Shown here in pieces: positions 1-11,795 of a DNA stretch of 32,210 bases. The translations under genes and the position numbers were made by a program. Under the pieces are notes generated by a model. The model made no database searches, had not been told where the DNA came from, and was given only the letters and a program-made list of their open reading frames with translations. The DNA is taken from NCBI RefSeq assembly GCF_006345805.1, contig NW_021829612.1, positions 1 to 32,210 of the forward strand. Reading direction: 5' to 3'. The first letter of the stretch is position 1, and each line of letters begins with the position of its first letter. Source of the stretch: Octopus sinensis (taxonomy: Eukaryota).

Positions 1-164
1 GTGTGTGTGTGGGGTGTGTGGGTGTGTGTGTTTATATATTTATATATACATATATCTGTGTGTATCTATGTACGTATAATACATATACACTGTTTGTGGT
101 ATATGCGTAATATATATTACGTGTGTGCATATAGAAACACACACATGTATGTATATATATATAT

Positions 165-199
<35 letters not shown>

Positions 200-253
200 A
201 TGTATATATATGCATATATATAGGTGTATATATATATATATATGTGTGTGTGT

Positions 254-328
<75 letters not shown>
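1..328. repeat. Compound microsatellite (TG)n/(TA)n followed by (GATA)n
   Basis: Visible directly; GATA array at about 255-328. The overlapping ORFs are low-complexity artefacts. Confidence 0.95.
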
Positions 329-329
<1 letters not shown>

Positions 330-705
330 CAGAATGATTTTATATTCGAGAAACACCTTGTAGTATGTCGTTTAAAGCCCGTTCACTGTATTCGGCTACC
401 TCATGACATCAACAGCACGGGAGTATTTACCACTGGATTAACTTCGGGAATTTCTTTGTGTCTGTAGAGTTTATAAGATCTCCTCGTGTAGAGATTAATA
501 CACTACAACTGCCATAATCTAATAGAAATCAGCGAAACAAAGACTAAAACTCAAGTCATCTTGTGACAAGTCACCTGGTGAGACACCTCTGCACCTTCGT
601 TGCACAACAACTGTTTGTACAGTATCTCAACCGCGAGGAACCGGTGCACGTTGTGTCAAAACGATCGTAGTGAAGAATAAAGAATCTTGTGTATTTTCTT
701 TCTCG

Positions 706-1098
706 TGGTTGTGGCTGTGCGTTAAGAAGCTTGCTTTCCAATCGCATGGTTCCGAGTTCAGTCCCACTGTGTAGCATCTTGGCCTCGGACCAACCAAATC
801 CTTGTGAGTGGAATTGGTAGACAGAAACAGAAACACCGTCGTATGTGTATATATGTGTATGTTTATGTGTGCGTGCCTTTGTGTCTGTTTGTCCCCACCC
901 CACCCCCACCACAGCTTGACGACCAATGTTGATATGTTTACGTCCCGTAATCTGGCGATTCGGTAAAAGAGACCGATATAATAAATACTAGGCTTACAAA
1001 AATAAATCCTAGGGTTGATTTCTTCCACTAAAACCCTTAAGGCGGTGCTCCAACATGGCCGCAGTCAAATGGCTAAAACAACTAAAAGAATAAAAGAA
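706..1098 (+). mobile_element. tRNA-derived SINE, family A, near full length
   Basis: Head gtgcgttaagaagcttgctttccaatcgcatggttccgagttcagtccc with a B-box-like GTTCAGTCC, internal TG microsatellite and 3' ccttaaggcggtgctccaacatggccgcagtc. The same modules recur many times in the window. Confidence 0.85.
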
Positions 1099-1103
1099 AA
1101 ATG

Positions 1104-1155
<52 letters not shown>

Positions 1156-1167
1156 TGTATGTATGTA

Positions 1168-1290
1168 TGTACAAGACATTGTAGATATTTAGCTGGGCTA
1201 AAAAGCCACATTCGATCACAGCACCAGTAACACTTAAGCTTCGAGCAATGGCCATACTCGATAACGAGGGGGCAGCCATAATGTATGCAT
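1168..1290 (+). mobile_element. 3' tip of an RTE-like LINE (C-terminal zinc-finger remnant plus short 3' end)
   Basis: Reads CTRHCRYLAGLKSHIRSQHQ*, matching the CxxxCxxxxGLxSHxRxxH motif typical of RTE-clade C-termini. Lies between (ATGT)n tracts. Confidence 0.6.
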
Positions 1291-1983
1291 GTATAGGGTA
1301 AATGAAAGACGGAAGATGGTACATACGAGAATTTATTAATCCGACAATCGTTCCGGCACATCTAACATCGATCCTTCATGGGCGGGACACTCAACATCAG
1401 GAGCATCCGGCGGTGCAGATGTATCTCGTCAGGTGTTAAATAGATACAACTCGTTAAAATAGCAGTTCCGCAATGTATGTATGTATGTATGTATAAAAAA
1501 TATATATAAAAATACAAAATGGGACAAGAACGCAAAACACTCAAAAAGACGACACAAAAAACGGACGGGTCATTCGAAGCCTCTAATCTTCAGTCAAGAA
1601 CCAGACCATCCTCATGTATGTATGTATGTATGTATGTATATATGAATGTATGTATGTATATGTGTGTATGTGTGTGTTTGTATGTATGTACGTATGTATA
1701 TGTATGTATGTATGTAAACGTATTTATTTATACACACGCAAAACTGTAAACTTGAGAAAGTGAGTAAACTCAAATCTCAAAAACCTGATTTAATATATCT
1801 TACGTGTATGGCTGTCTGCGTGTCCGAGTGTTGCGGTGTGATCTGTATAAAAGTCCGTGTGAATATATATGAAAATAATATGTAAAAAAAGTTAAGATAA
1901 AATATTTCTATTTTTTAAATATTTCAGTTACACACAAACATCCCTAGAGTTTTAGTATTATCAAGATATATATATATATATAT

Positions 1984-2744
1984 ATCACAATCAAGGAACG
2001 GCCATAATAGGCCATTCACCCACTAGAAATAACAGCCAAAGCTTCAACCGCAAAATAACATTAATTCCGTAAACCAGGAGAAAATTAAAAAACATTACCT
2101 GTAATTTCTTATACGATGCACCGTTTCATCTACTGTTTAATGGTAAACTAACCTGATTAAATTAAATCAAGCCAATCTTCCATAGGCCCTTAGATTCGTC
2201 AGTAAGAAATAGCCAGTTAGGAACAGATATTTCACGAGGCATTTCTGTCCTGCCTCGGCAATATCGGACCTAAAATTTTCAAATCATCGCACTCGCGCCA
2301 AATTTATCGGCAGCAAATAAATATAAGCCGCCGATTCCATTACGGAATTAACCAGAAAATTCATAATTAATCAATATAGGTTAATTCCGTAATGGAATCG
2401 GCGCTTATATTTATTTGCTGCCGATAAAATTTGGCCGCGAGTGCGATGATTTGAAAATTTTGGTCAGATATTGCCGAGGCAGGGACAGAAATGCCTCGTG
2501 AAAATATCTGTTCCTAACTGGCTATCTTACTGACGAATCTAAGGGCTATGGAAGATTGGCTTGATTTAATTTAATCAGGTAGTTTACCATTAAACAGTAG
2601 ATGAAACGGTGCATCGTATAAGAAATTACAGGGTAAATGTTTTTAATTTCTCCTGGTTACGGAATTAATGTTATTTTGCGGTTGAAGCTTTGGCTGTATT
2701 TCTAGTGGGTGAATGGCCTATTATGGCCGTTCCTTGATTGTGAT
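1984..2744. repeat. Long near-perfect inverted repeat (palindrome)
   Basis: Left arm 1984-2353 (370 bp) is the reverse complement of 2379-2744 (366 bp), with a 25-bp spacer. Manual alignment gives 15 small indels and 1 substitution. Confidence 0.97.
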
Positions 2745-2849
2745 GTTGAACTTAAAAATGGTCTATGACTATTAATTTTTTCCCACTAGGCCGCTGGTGG
2801 CAAAAAAAAAAAAATTCTACAAAATTTTTTGCCACCCTATATTGATTAA

Positions 2850-2869
<20 letters not shown>

Positions 2870-2881
<12 letters not shown>

Positions 2882-3250
2882 AAATCCGTTCTGTCTGTCT
2901 GTGTGTGTGTCTTCTAGGATCTCGAGCTTCCTCCATCCGATTGCACTCAAATTTGATATGTAAATACCGACGGTATCAGGGCATGTATAAGTCTTGAAAA
3001 AATTACAAAAATCGATTCCAGGTGAGAATGCGATCAATAAACCCGTGGGAACGTGCATTTGTACGCGCAAGTACATCAGCTGTTGCGATCGATACTACCC
3101 GTACGCGAGAAAAATGCACGATGTCTCAAATTTAGGATAAATCAGTATTTCTCAAAGGGGAGGCCTATGGGATAGTCGGACAAGTTGTTTTGAGAAAATT
3201 TGGTTTAAATGTTTGACAACTCAGCACCGTCCATTGGACGAGGGCGTTTT

Positions 3251-3255
<5 letters not shown>
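2870..3255 (+). mobile_element. Non-autonomous Helitron-like element
   Basis: Starts tatatataaaat followed by (ctgt)n/(gt)n and ccgattgcactcaaatttg. Ends with a small hairpin cgtcc-att-ggacg (3228-3240) shortly before a (TA)n tract; the terminal CTAG is decayed or absent. Confidence 0.5.
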
Positions 3256-3286
<31 letters not shown>

Positions 3287-4082
3287 CCACGTGTTGTTGT
3301 TTTTTTGTTGTTTTCCCGTTTGGATTAAAATTATATATATATATATGTATATATAAAATACTGATTGTTCACTTGTGACTGAGGAAGATAATCTCCAACC
3401 ATTGCCATACAAATGCCAGCAATGACCATGCATAAAGTTAATGCATCAGCAGTCAGCTTCACCCAAGTTCGCATCTTCCATACTCGACGTGGCACCTTCC
3501 CGTTCGATCGGGTATCAGATAGTCGCTTCGCCGACGATTGTTCGACATAAAATTTTAGGTCCAATACGGCTCGTACAACACCTCACACCTTATTGCCATG
3601 AGCCAGAAATAAGCTGGGCCAAGATTTCCTTTGATAATATGGGTCCTCGTCTCAGGAATGTTGGAGCGGCATGATCTCATGCACAAGCGAAAGACTCCCA
3701 AAATGTTCAATGCTATTTCCAACAGATATGGTTTTATATCAGAGTGACCAGAAGTGACCACGTGTATAAGCATGTAGATATTTGTATATTTACAGAACAA
3801 ATTTACATGGAATACAAGATATACAGAAAACTAAGGGGAGAAGGCATGGTATTTCAAGTACGATGAGATTTTTTCTATTTCCGTCTGCCAAATTTACTCA
3901 CAAGCCTTTAGTTGGCCCGGTGCTGAAAGTAATTCTCTACAAAAACCAGTGCGATACTTAGTTCAACTGCCCACGACCGGCTGACAGTATGAACGCTTGG
4001 GCAGAGTACCACCTGTCCTAGAATCCCTCTACCGTGGTAGCCAACAGGGAGTACTCTTATTACTTAAACATTTTCTCGCACC

Positions 4083-4130
4083 GTCCTTGATGAAGGGATA
4101 TAAAAAATATCCCGGAAACAGCTGTAAGAC
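4083..4130 (+). ncRNA. Minimal type I hammerhead-ribozyme-like motif (variant core)
   Basis: gtcc-TTGATGA-a-GGGATA(taaaaaa)TATCCC-g-GAA-ACAGCTGT-A-agac. Perfect 6-bp stem II, palindromic helix III, GUA triplet, 3 of 4 stem I pairs. Confidence 0.6.
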
Positions 4131-4192
4131 CTCTTTATAAATGTTTTGAAAACTATTGACAGCCTTGAATTTTTTATCACATTCTTGTTAAT

Positions 4193-4254
<62 letters not shown>

Positions 4255-4467
4255 GTATGTAGTATGTATGTATGTATGTATGTATGTATGTATATATTGT
4301 TTCCGCAACATTTTTAATGCATTCTTAGATTACATCTACAAAAACTCGCCATCATCTGATAAACTTTAAACAAATAAACAGGTAAGGTTAAACCCGAATA
4401 CCACTCGTTCGCCAACTATCATAATGAACCGTTACGGAGAATCCTATAAACGGTTCTTGTACAACCG

Positions 4468-4600
4468 GTTTCTTTCAGTTTCTGCCTACCAAGTCCACTC
4501 ACAAGGCTTTGATCGGCCCGGGGCTACAGTTACCACGGTGAGAGACTGAATCCAGAAACATGTGGTTGGAAGCAAGCATCTTACCATATAGCCACGCCTC
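4468..4600 (-). mobile_element. SINE family A head fragment
   Basis: Reverse complement of the family A head (tttctttcagtttctgcctaccaagtccactcacaaggc...catgtggttggaagcaagc). Confidence 0.8.
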
Positions 4601-5239
4601 GTACGGCGATGGACGACTGGAAACTGAATTGACACTGTTGTAGAAACGTTTTGTCATCTAGTCACTAATATGATACTGTCTGCGTCAAGATTCGAACCAT
4701 CCTCGTCTCTTCGATTGGTTCATGAAATACCTTCTTGACTTAGACAAAAGCCAAAAGGGATACCTTCAACAAATTAAGTAGAGAGTATGTTATACGATAC
4801 ATCGACATGCTAGAAATCGCAGCCAAATCCATGACCTATTCTGCTCAAATCGCATCGTTTTAAAATGAAAAGAGTAAGGTAGTATGTATATCATGAATAA
4901 TATAGACCTGGATATTATATCTTTAAAAAACCGTGAGGTTGCACGTTGAATGTTCATCTTCACATACACAACTTCGCCAATGCATATGAACACAAGCACA
5001 CACGCACACAGATACTTGGAAACATGAATATATACATACATACATACATACATATGAGTGGGTGTATGTATGTATACACACACACACACACATATGTACA
5101 TTCATAAATCCTTTAATGCATTGAGCGCACTTGAACATGTTACACATAAACGAACTTAAAGGATAATATATGCGGCGTGTGTGTATGTGTGTATGTATAT
5201 ACATATATATATGTCTGCATGTGTGTATATATGTGTATA

Positions 5240-5272
<33 letters not shown>

Positions 5273-5417
5273 TACAGATACACGCACAAGAATGTATCTA
5301 TGTGTACTGTTATTTAAGTATGTGTGTATATGTGCCTGCACATGTGTAAGTATAAACGTACGTGCGCACAATGATATATATATATATATATATATATATG
5401 AGTGAAAGCGTGATTGT

Positions 5418-5466
<49 letters not shown>

Positions 5467-6288
5467 CATGTGTATGCATGAGTGGGTGTATATTTTTGTG
5501 CCCCTCCAGAGAACAGAGCTGTGATGCATAAACCATCTGTTATATAGGTATCTTTAAGTATAAAATTATTTTCATGACAAACCGCAGAGTTATTTAAGAC
5601 ATGCGGCTTCTTAAAGCATACTGGCCAGGTTAAAAACTAGCACACTCGGTCAATCCCGTTAGCCCGTTAGTCTTTGAGAAAAATGTGTGGAAAATGGGTG
5701 TGAAAAGTTAACGAGGAACAAACAGAGAAAATGTACAACACCCCCGTCAAAAAAAAAAAAAAAAAAAAAAAAAAAAGCGAAAACAAAACCAAAAAAAAAT
5801 TCATAAAATAAAGTCAAAAAAAGGGGAAAAAATCTATATATATAAATGAACGAAAAATACCTCCTGACAAAAAAGTAACAAGTATTTTTTCATTAAATAT
5901 ATAAAGGACAAAAAGAAAGAGAAAAAAAAAAAACTAGGTGTGTAACTGAAAAGCTCTCACTTCTTTTCAATAGGTTGTTTATCATACTCGCTTGTTCATG
6001 TTCTTGTTTTCTTTCTTTGTTTGCCTCTCTTTCTCTTTCTTTCTTTGTCTCTTTCCCTCACCCAGCTCTCTCTCTCTCTCTAAACCCCCCCCTCTCTCTC
6101 TCTCTCTCTCTCCCTCTTTCCCTCAATTCAATTTTAATTGAAGTCATAAGCAGGGCTGTTGTGTATGTATCTACACCACCCACGCATGTACATAAGCCTC
6201 TAATACTACCATTCTTAAACTCTGAAACACATAGGTTGCGAGTGAGCACTCACAGATCACAGTCATGAGACATGAGTGGGTGTGTACA

Positions 6289-6324
6289 TCAGGAGTCAGC
6301 ATTTTGCCGCTGCTACTGCTGCTG

Positions 6325-6380
<56 letters not shown>

Positions 6381-6485
6381 GCTGCTGCTATTGTTGTTGC
6401 TGTTGTTGTTTAGCCCAGATCAGCCCTGATCCAAGTACAAACGTGATCAAAGGCAATCAAGTCGTGACCATCCATCTGTCTTTTT
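6289..6485 (+). repeat. Dispersed repeat D with internal trinucleotide microsatellite (second copy about 9775-9930)
   Basis: aggagtcagcatttt + (CTG/CTA/TTG)n + tttagcccagatcagccctgatc...gtgaccatccatctg; homologous flanks at 9775-9930. Confidence 0.7.
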
Positions 6486-6554
6486 ATGTGTGTGTAGCAT
6501 AATGCAAGAGGATGTGTGTGTTGTATCACTGCATGGCACGCACCTAAGGTAAAT

Positions 6555-6835
6555 GTCCTTCTACTATAGCCATAGGCCGACCAAACCCTTGTGAATGGAT
6601 TCGGTAGATGGAAACTGAAGGAAGCACGACGCGTGTGTGTGTGTGTGTGTTTGTCCTCCACCGTTTGCCAACCGGCACTGGTGTTTACGTCCCTGTAACT
6701 TAGTGGTTCCGCAAAAGAGACCGATAGAATAAGCACTAGGCTTCAAAAACCAAACCACGTACTGGAATCGATTCCTTTGACGAAAATCCTTCAAGGCGGA
6801 GCTCCAGCATGGCCACAGCCTCAGTGACTGAAACA
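6555..6835 (+). mobile_element. SINE family A, 5'-truncated
   Basis: ctactatagcc...ggtagatggaaactgaaggaagc, (TG)n, tttacgtccctgtaacttagtggttccgc, ccttcaaggcggagctccagcatggccacag. Confidence 0.85.
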
Positions 6836-6939
6836 TGTAATATATACATACATATGGAGTCCGGAAAAAATCTATTAGACAAAATCCTAGGAGGGTGAGG
6901 TTGTCCGAGGGGTTTTTGTCCTACACTCACATACATACA

Positions 6940-6975
<36 letters not shown>

Positions 6976-7078
6976 GATATAAATATATATATATATATAT
7001 ATAATATAATGTATATATAAATTGTATGTATGTAGATATGTATGTATGTAGATATGTATTTCTCTCTCTCTCTCTCTC

Positions 7079-7114
<36 letters not shown>

Positions 7115-7116
<2 letters not shown>

Positions 7117-7262
7117 AGAATTCACAAAAAAAACAAAAGACGAAGACAGGTGGTGTAGACAACAAACAGATGTATTAGTTTAACGCTCGGATGTGAAAAA
7201 ATCTTTAACGTTTCGAGCCTACACTCTTCCACAGAAAGGAACACAAAAAGAAACAAGGAGAG
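7115..7262 (-). mobile_element. Short (TA)n-embedded element E carrying a hammerhead-like motif (7203-7238)
   Basis: Reverse complement aligns with 7372-7523. Motif on the minus strand: cttt-CTGTGGA-A-GAGT(gtag)GCTC-GAA-ACGT-T-aaag. Confidence 0.75.
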
Positions 7263-7320
7263 TATATATATATCTGTTTGTATGTATGTATGTGTGTATA
7301 TATATATATATATATATTTG

Positions 7321-7523
7321 TCCGAAGTCAAGAACGCCATGATAGATCGTTAGCTACTACACGCATTTTTTTTCTCCTTGTTTTTTTCTGTGTATCTTTC
7401 TGTCGAAGAGCGTAGGCTCGAAACGTGAAAGACTTTTTCTATTCCTGAGCGCTATACTAATACATTTGTTTGTTTGTACTCCACCTGCCTTCGTCTTTTG
7501 TTTATTCTCGTAAACTTTCCCTT
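7321..7523 (+). mobile_element. Second copy of element E, opposite orientation, hammerhead-like motif 7395-7432
   Basis: tcttt-CTGTCGA-A-GAGC(gtag)GCTC-GAA-ACGT-G-aaaga; ends in (TA)n. Confidence 0.75.
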
Positions 7524-7780
7524 TATATATATATATATGTGTGTGTGTGTGTTATTTGTGTTAGCGTTGTGGTTGCTCCCCAAAAGCGTCTGACAACCCG
7601 TGTTGGTTAAATTACGTCACCGTAACTTAGTGGTCCGGAAAAGGTTCAAGTAGAAGAAATACCAGACTAACAAGGCAGTACCCCAGCGCAGCCGCATTCC
7701 AATGACTACATTAAGGTGAGAAGCTGACAGAATCAGTAGAACGTCGGATAAAATTACTTTGCGACATTTCTTCCGTCTCT

Positions 7781-7918
7781 TTACGTTTTGAATTAAAAAA
7801 TCTGTTGGATTCAACTTGGTTTTTTTCCTTCCTTCGGAGTCGACGAAACAGAGTACCAGTCAAATGGTGGGGGCCATGTAGTCTATTTCTCACCTTCCCT
7901 CAAAATTGTGGGCCTTGA
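7781..7918 (+). mobile_element. Decayed SINE family B fragment
   Basis: Similar to the family B core (ccttcggagtcgac...agtaccagt...aaaattgtgggccttg). Confidence 0.6.
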
Positions 7919-8054
7919 TCTCAGCAAAGGACTAGCGTCCCATTCAAGGGAAGAATGATCTCGGTCTCTTATATGGCCGAGTTCATCACAAAGTAACATA
8001 CCTTATGAGTTCTAGGGCTAAAGAACACTTAAAACAAGAATGATTACATTATCT

Positions 8055-8205
8055 AATTCGCTGTGTGATAAGAAGTCTGCCTTCCAGCCATGTGGTTTCA
8101 GGTTCAATCCCTGCAGAGTACATTTACCAAGAGTCATCTACTATAGCATCGGGTCGACTAAAACCTTGTGAGTGAATTTGGTGCAAAGAAACTAAAAGAA
8201 GGCTG
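8055..8205 (+). mobile_element. SINE family A head fragment
   Basis: gtgtgataagaagtctgccttccagccatgtggtttcaggttcaatccc...ccttgtgagtgaatttgg. Confidence 0.75.
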
Positions 8206-8424
8206 CCGTGTGTGTGTGTGTGTGTGTATAATATACACACATATATGCATGTGAATTCACGTACATATATATACACACATACATAATGTGTTGTTCCGTA
8301 ATAGAAAATTTTTTAAAAAGTACTCCATCGGTGAGAAATAAATATTATTTATTTCAACGGCATATGCATTGTGTCCATTAAGTAAATTATATATATATAT
8401 ATATATAAATATATATATATAAAT

Positions 8425-8474
<50 letters not shown>

Positions 8475-8520
8475 CAGTGTACATTTAAACACATAAGAGG
8501 TGACCATCACAGGACACCGT

Positions 8521-8642
8521 GCATGCTAGGAGGAATAGCCAAAATCAAACCATTATCAGGGATAAATCTCGAAGGGAATGAAAAATAAATCATTCATTTG
8601 TCCCTAATAGTGGTTTGTATTTGGCTGTTCCTCCTAGCATGC
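8521..8642. repeat. Small MITE-like hairpin (47-bp inverted arms)
   Basis: 8521-8567 gcatgctaggaggaatagccaaaatcaaaccattatcagggataaat pairs with 8596-8642; inner gaatga/tcattc mini-stem. Confidence 0.85.
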
Positions 8643-8764
8643 TAGAAGAGCCGACCACGGGGGTGAAGGGGTAAAAAGAAGGATATATAATATATATATA
8701 TATATATATTATATATAAGTAATAATTATTATTTCAGAGTGTGTGTCTGTTTGTATATCTTATT

Positions 8765-9175
8765 TTTATTTTCTACTTGTTTCAGTCATTAGACTGCAGC
8801 CATGCTGAGACACTACCTTGAAGATCGCCTCCAATACTTTTTTTTATGGTCTTGTACTTATTCTATCGGTCTTTTTTTTTTTTTTTTGCTGAGCCGCTAC
8901 TGTACATAGGCATAAACACACTAACACCAGTTCTCAAGCCGTAGTAGGGGAAAACCTCAGAGACAAAGCCGCGCGCGTGTAACACTCACTCATACATACG
9001 TGTGTGTGTGTATATATATATATATACACACACACGATGATCTTTCAATTTTTCCCTACCAAATCCACTCACAAGGCTTTGGTCGGTGCGAGGCTATAGT
9101 GGAAGGCACTAGCCCAAGGTGCCATACAGTGAGACTGAACTCGGGACCATATAGTTGGGAAGCAAGCTTCATATT
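8765..9175 (-). mobile_element. SINE family A, near full length
   Basis: Head at 9175-9040, microsatellite, body and 3' end at 8960-8765, all on the minus strand. Confidence 0.8.
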
Positions 9176-11580
9176 ATATATACATACACACACATACATA
9201 CATACATACATAATACATACATACATACATACATACATACATACATACATACTATGCATGTATGCATACATGTAAGTGTGGGAGTATCGTTCGCCATTCT
9301 ATATCGGTGTATTGAGAGGTGTAGACTTAAAATTATGCGGTAAGTCTAACTGTGGGTGGTGGGTATAACATACCACTCGGTTTACGTAGTACAACCACCT
9401 GGCTTTTAGCTTCATGTAGCAAAATTTACTCTACTTCAAGCATCTAAGCTAGTAACCCCATCCCATCTCGTTTTCTCCACTCCCATATTTTCCTGCAAAT
9501 TTTCAACTGGGTATCATCGGCTACAACCGCACCGTCTGGGAAAGCTTTCAAACTTCTTATGCATTACCTACTTTCCTACAAAGGAACTAAAAGAAAATAA
9601 TAATAAAAAAAAAAAAACGTATCGGTTTTGGCAATTCAATTTACATTGAAGGCATAAGATCAGCCGGGTATACCCACGCATTCATAAACCCAGTTTCATT
9701 TGTATATTCTTCTGAACACATGATTACTAATGTGCACTGACAGAACTTAATCACAAGATCAGCATGGGCGTTTGCATTAGGAGTCAGCATTTTATCGTGT
9801 TTTATTTTTCTTTGTTGTTCTGATAATGTTGTTGTATTTGTTATTATTTAAGCCTAGGTCATCAGACATGATCAAGCAGGTTTATAATCGAAGGAATTCT
9901 AACCCGTGACTCTCGCATCTTTTTCTGTATGTATGACTACATTGTAATACGTAATCACTACATTTTCAGTAAAGTAAATCATTCCCGATGAATGTCTGAA
10001 ACAAGTTTGAAAGCGCTAAATAAATAATTATCCAAAAATCTGACTTACCTATTTTTTCTTTATGCACACGCGCGCGCGCGCATCCCACCCCCCACATACA
10101 CATATACACACACTGTGTTTTGTGAACAATAAGTCTTTATTTCAGTGTAGTAACATACACTATAACTCCTCTTCTAACAAGCAAACAAAAAAGAAAGTGA
10201 AAGAGAGAGAGAAACAAAAGAAAGAAAGAAAGAAAGAATGAAAAGAATGGAATACATACTCGTCTAATAATTACCTCTGTCCAAGAAGCCATACATAATA
10301 TTGTGACATCACAAGTTGGAAATATTTGTTTTATTCAATTATTCTTTTGATCAAAATATGAAGATGATGCGAGTGACAACCATATCAACAATCCAGTAAT
10401 ATTTATATTAAATATCTAATACACCAACAATGACGTTTGGAACAATGAAAAATACTCTCTGTTCATCGCTATCAATCAAATTGTGATAGTTTAATCCCAT
10501 GTCCGTTCTAATTAGGCAGATCTGTGTCAAAAGCCACCCATCTGTAACCGTCTGTCATTTTTCAATGACTTAATAGTTCAATGCGTTTTCCCACTTTTAA
10601 ATAGCTTAATCAAAGGGAAAAGTGTCACGCCCGTACTTCTGTCCAGGGACTCCGAAACTGGCTAGAAGAAGAGAAGAGGTTTCCCACAGATCTGTCCCGA
10701 ATGCTTGCAAGTGGGTCCCGCTAAAGGTTTTAAAGGACGACAAAATCGAATTTGATGTAAGTATAGCTGATTTTTCTAGCAGTTTATTGATCACATCGAA
10801 CAAAGGTTCCTCAAAGCGGAATGCGCAAATCCACTGGAGTTGGCAAGAGAAATTGCAGATGCTGACGAGATCTATCGAAACACTGGAATTTTAAAATAAT
10901 CACCAACAAATAAATGCAACTTGTGTCTGAACAATGTGTGGAGACCTTTTGTCGTTCCTATCCACTTATCGATGTGAAGAAAGGCCGTCAGCCATGTTTA
11001 TAACTCAGTAGATTTTGTACGGGGCTGTCTACTGAGAGCCCATCTGAAACAGTACCAATTATCTCGTATTTACACATAATGGTAATTGAGCTACTTGTCA
11101 GAAAGCAAAATTCATCTATCTCATTAAAAATGTCGTACTAAATAAAATGTAACTAATTTCTTAGAAATTAGTTACATTTAGGCTCATTTAGGTTAGAATT
11201 TTGACGGATGGGAAACAATCTATTACTATATCGACTCATACTTGATTATATTTTATTTCATCAACTTTGAAAGGACTCAAGTGAAAGAAAGCCTGAGTGG
11301 TATTTGCCCTCTTTAATTAATAACAACACGCATCTATCTCTTCTATGGCATGCGACCAGTTTACAGTATGTTCTTCGTACGGTGTATGTCAACACTGCTG
11401 GACATAATGAAGAAGTAAGCCGGAAAAAAGCGTTTGGGAATTACTAGCATAGAGCCATCCGCATTGGTTCATAAAATTGCCTAATTAGCTTTATCTGGAT
11501 GTAAGCTTTGAAGTGGATTTGTTTAGAAATCAATGACGTTAACTGGTTTTACAAGCCTAATACAAATGTTTTTGTATATT

Positions 11581-11795
11581 GGTTTCAAATTTTGGCACAA
11601 GGCCACCGATTACGGAAGAGAGGTTAAGTCAATTAGATCGACCCCAGTATTCAACAGGCACTTATTTTATCTATCCCGAAAGGATAAAAAGCGAAGCTGA
11701 CTTCGGCGGAATTTGAACTCAGAACATGAAGGCAGACGAAATGTCATTAAGCAATTTGCCCGGTGTTCTAACAATTTTGCCAGCTCACCGCCCTT
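11581..11795 (-). mobile_element. tRNA-derived SINE family B
   Basis: On the minus strand: aagggcggtgagctggc...ttctgagttcaaattccgccg (B box), a central gcttttt atcctttcggga...aaataagtgcc domain, and a 3' ttgtgccaaaatttgaaacc end. Confidence 0.85.

Noticed and set aside
1316-1615. Hammerhead-like fragments on the minus strand (ctgacgag..., ggaacgattgtc, ctgaaga...cgaatgac)
   Set aside because: The core halves and stems do not assemble into a consistent fold; possibly old Penelope-type termini but not supportable.
2794-2836. Small hairpin ggtggcaaaaaaa...ttttttgccacc
   Set aside because: Mostly A/T homopolymer pairing with a 6-bp GC clamp; no second copy or TSD.
3400-3830. Overlapping ORFs of 77-81 aa in complex sequence
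   Set aside because: No motif recognised in any frame; lengths are within chance expectation.
5748-5935. A-rich tract as a retrocopy poly(A) tail
   Set aside because: No upstream processed sequence or TSD; irregular A runs could equally be low-quality consensus.
9260-9600. Candidate minus-strand exon (ttcctttgtag acceptor)
   Set aside because: All three frames hit stops within a few codons.
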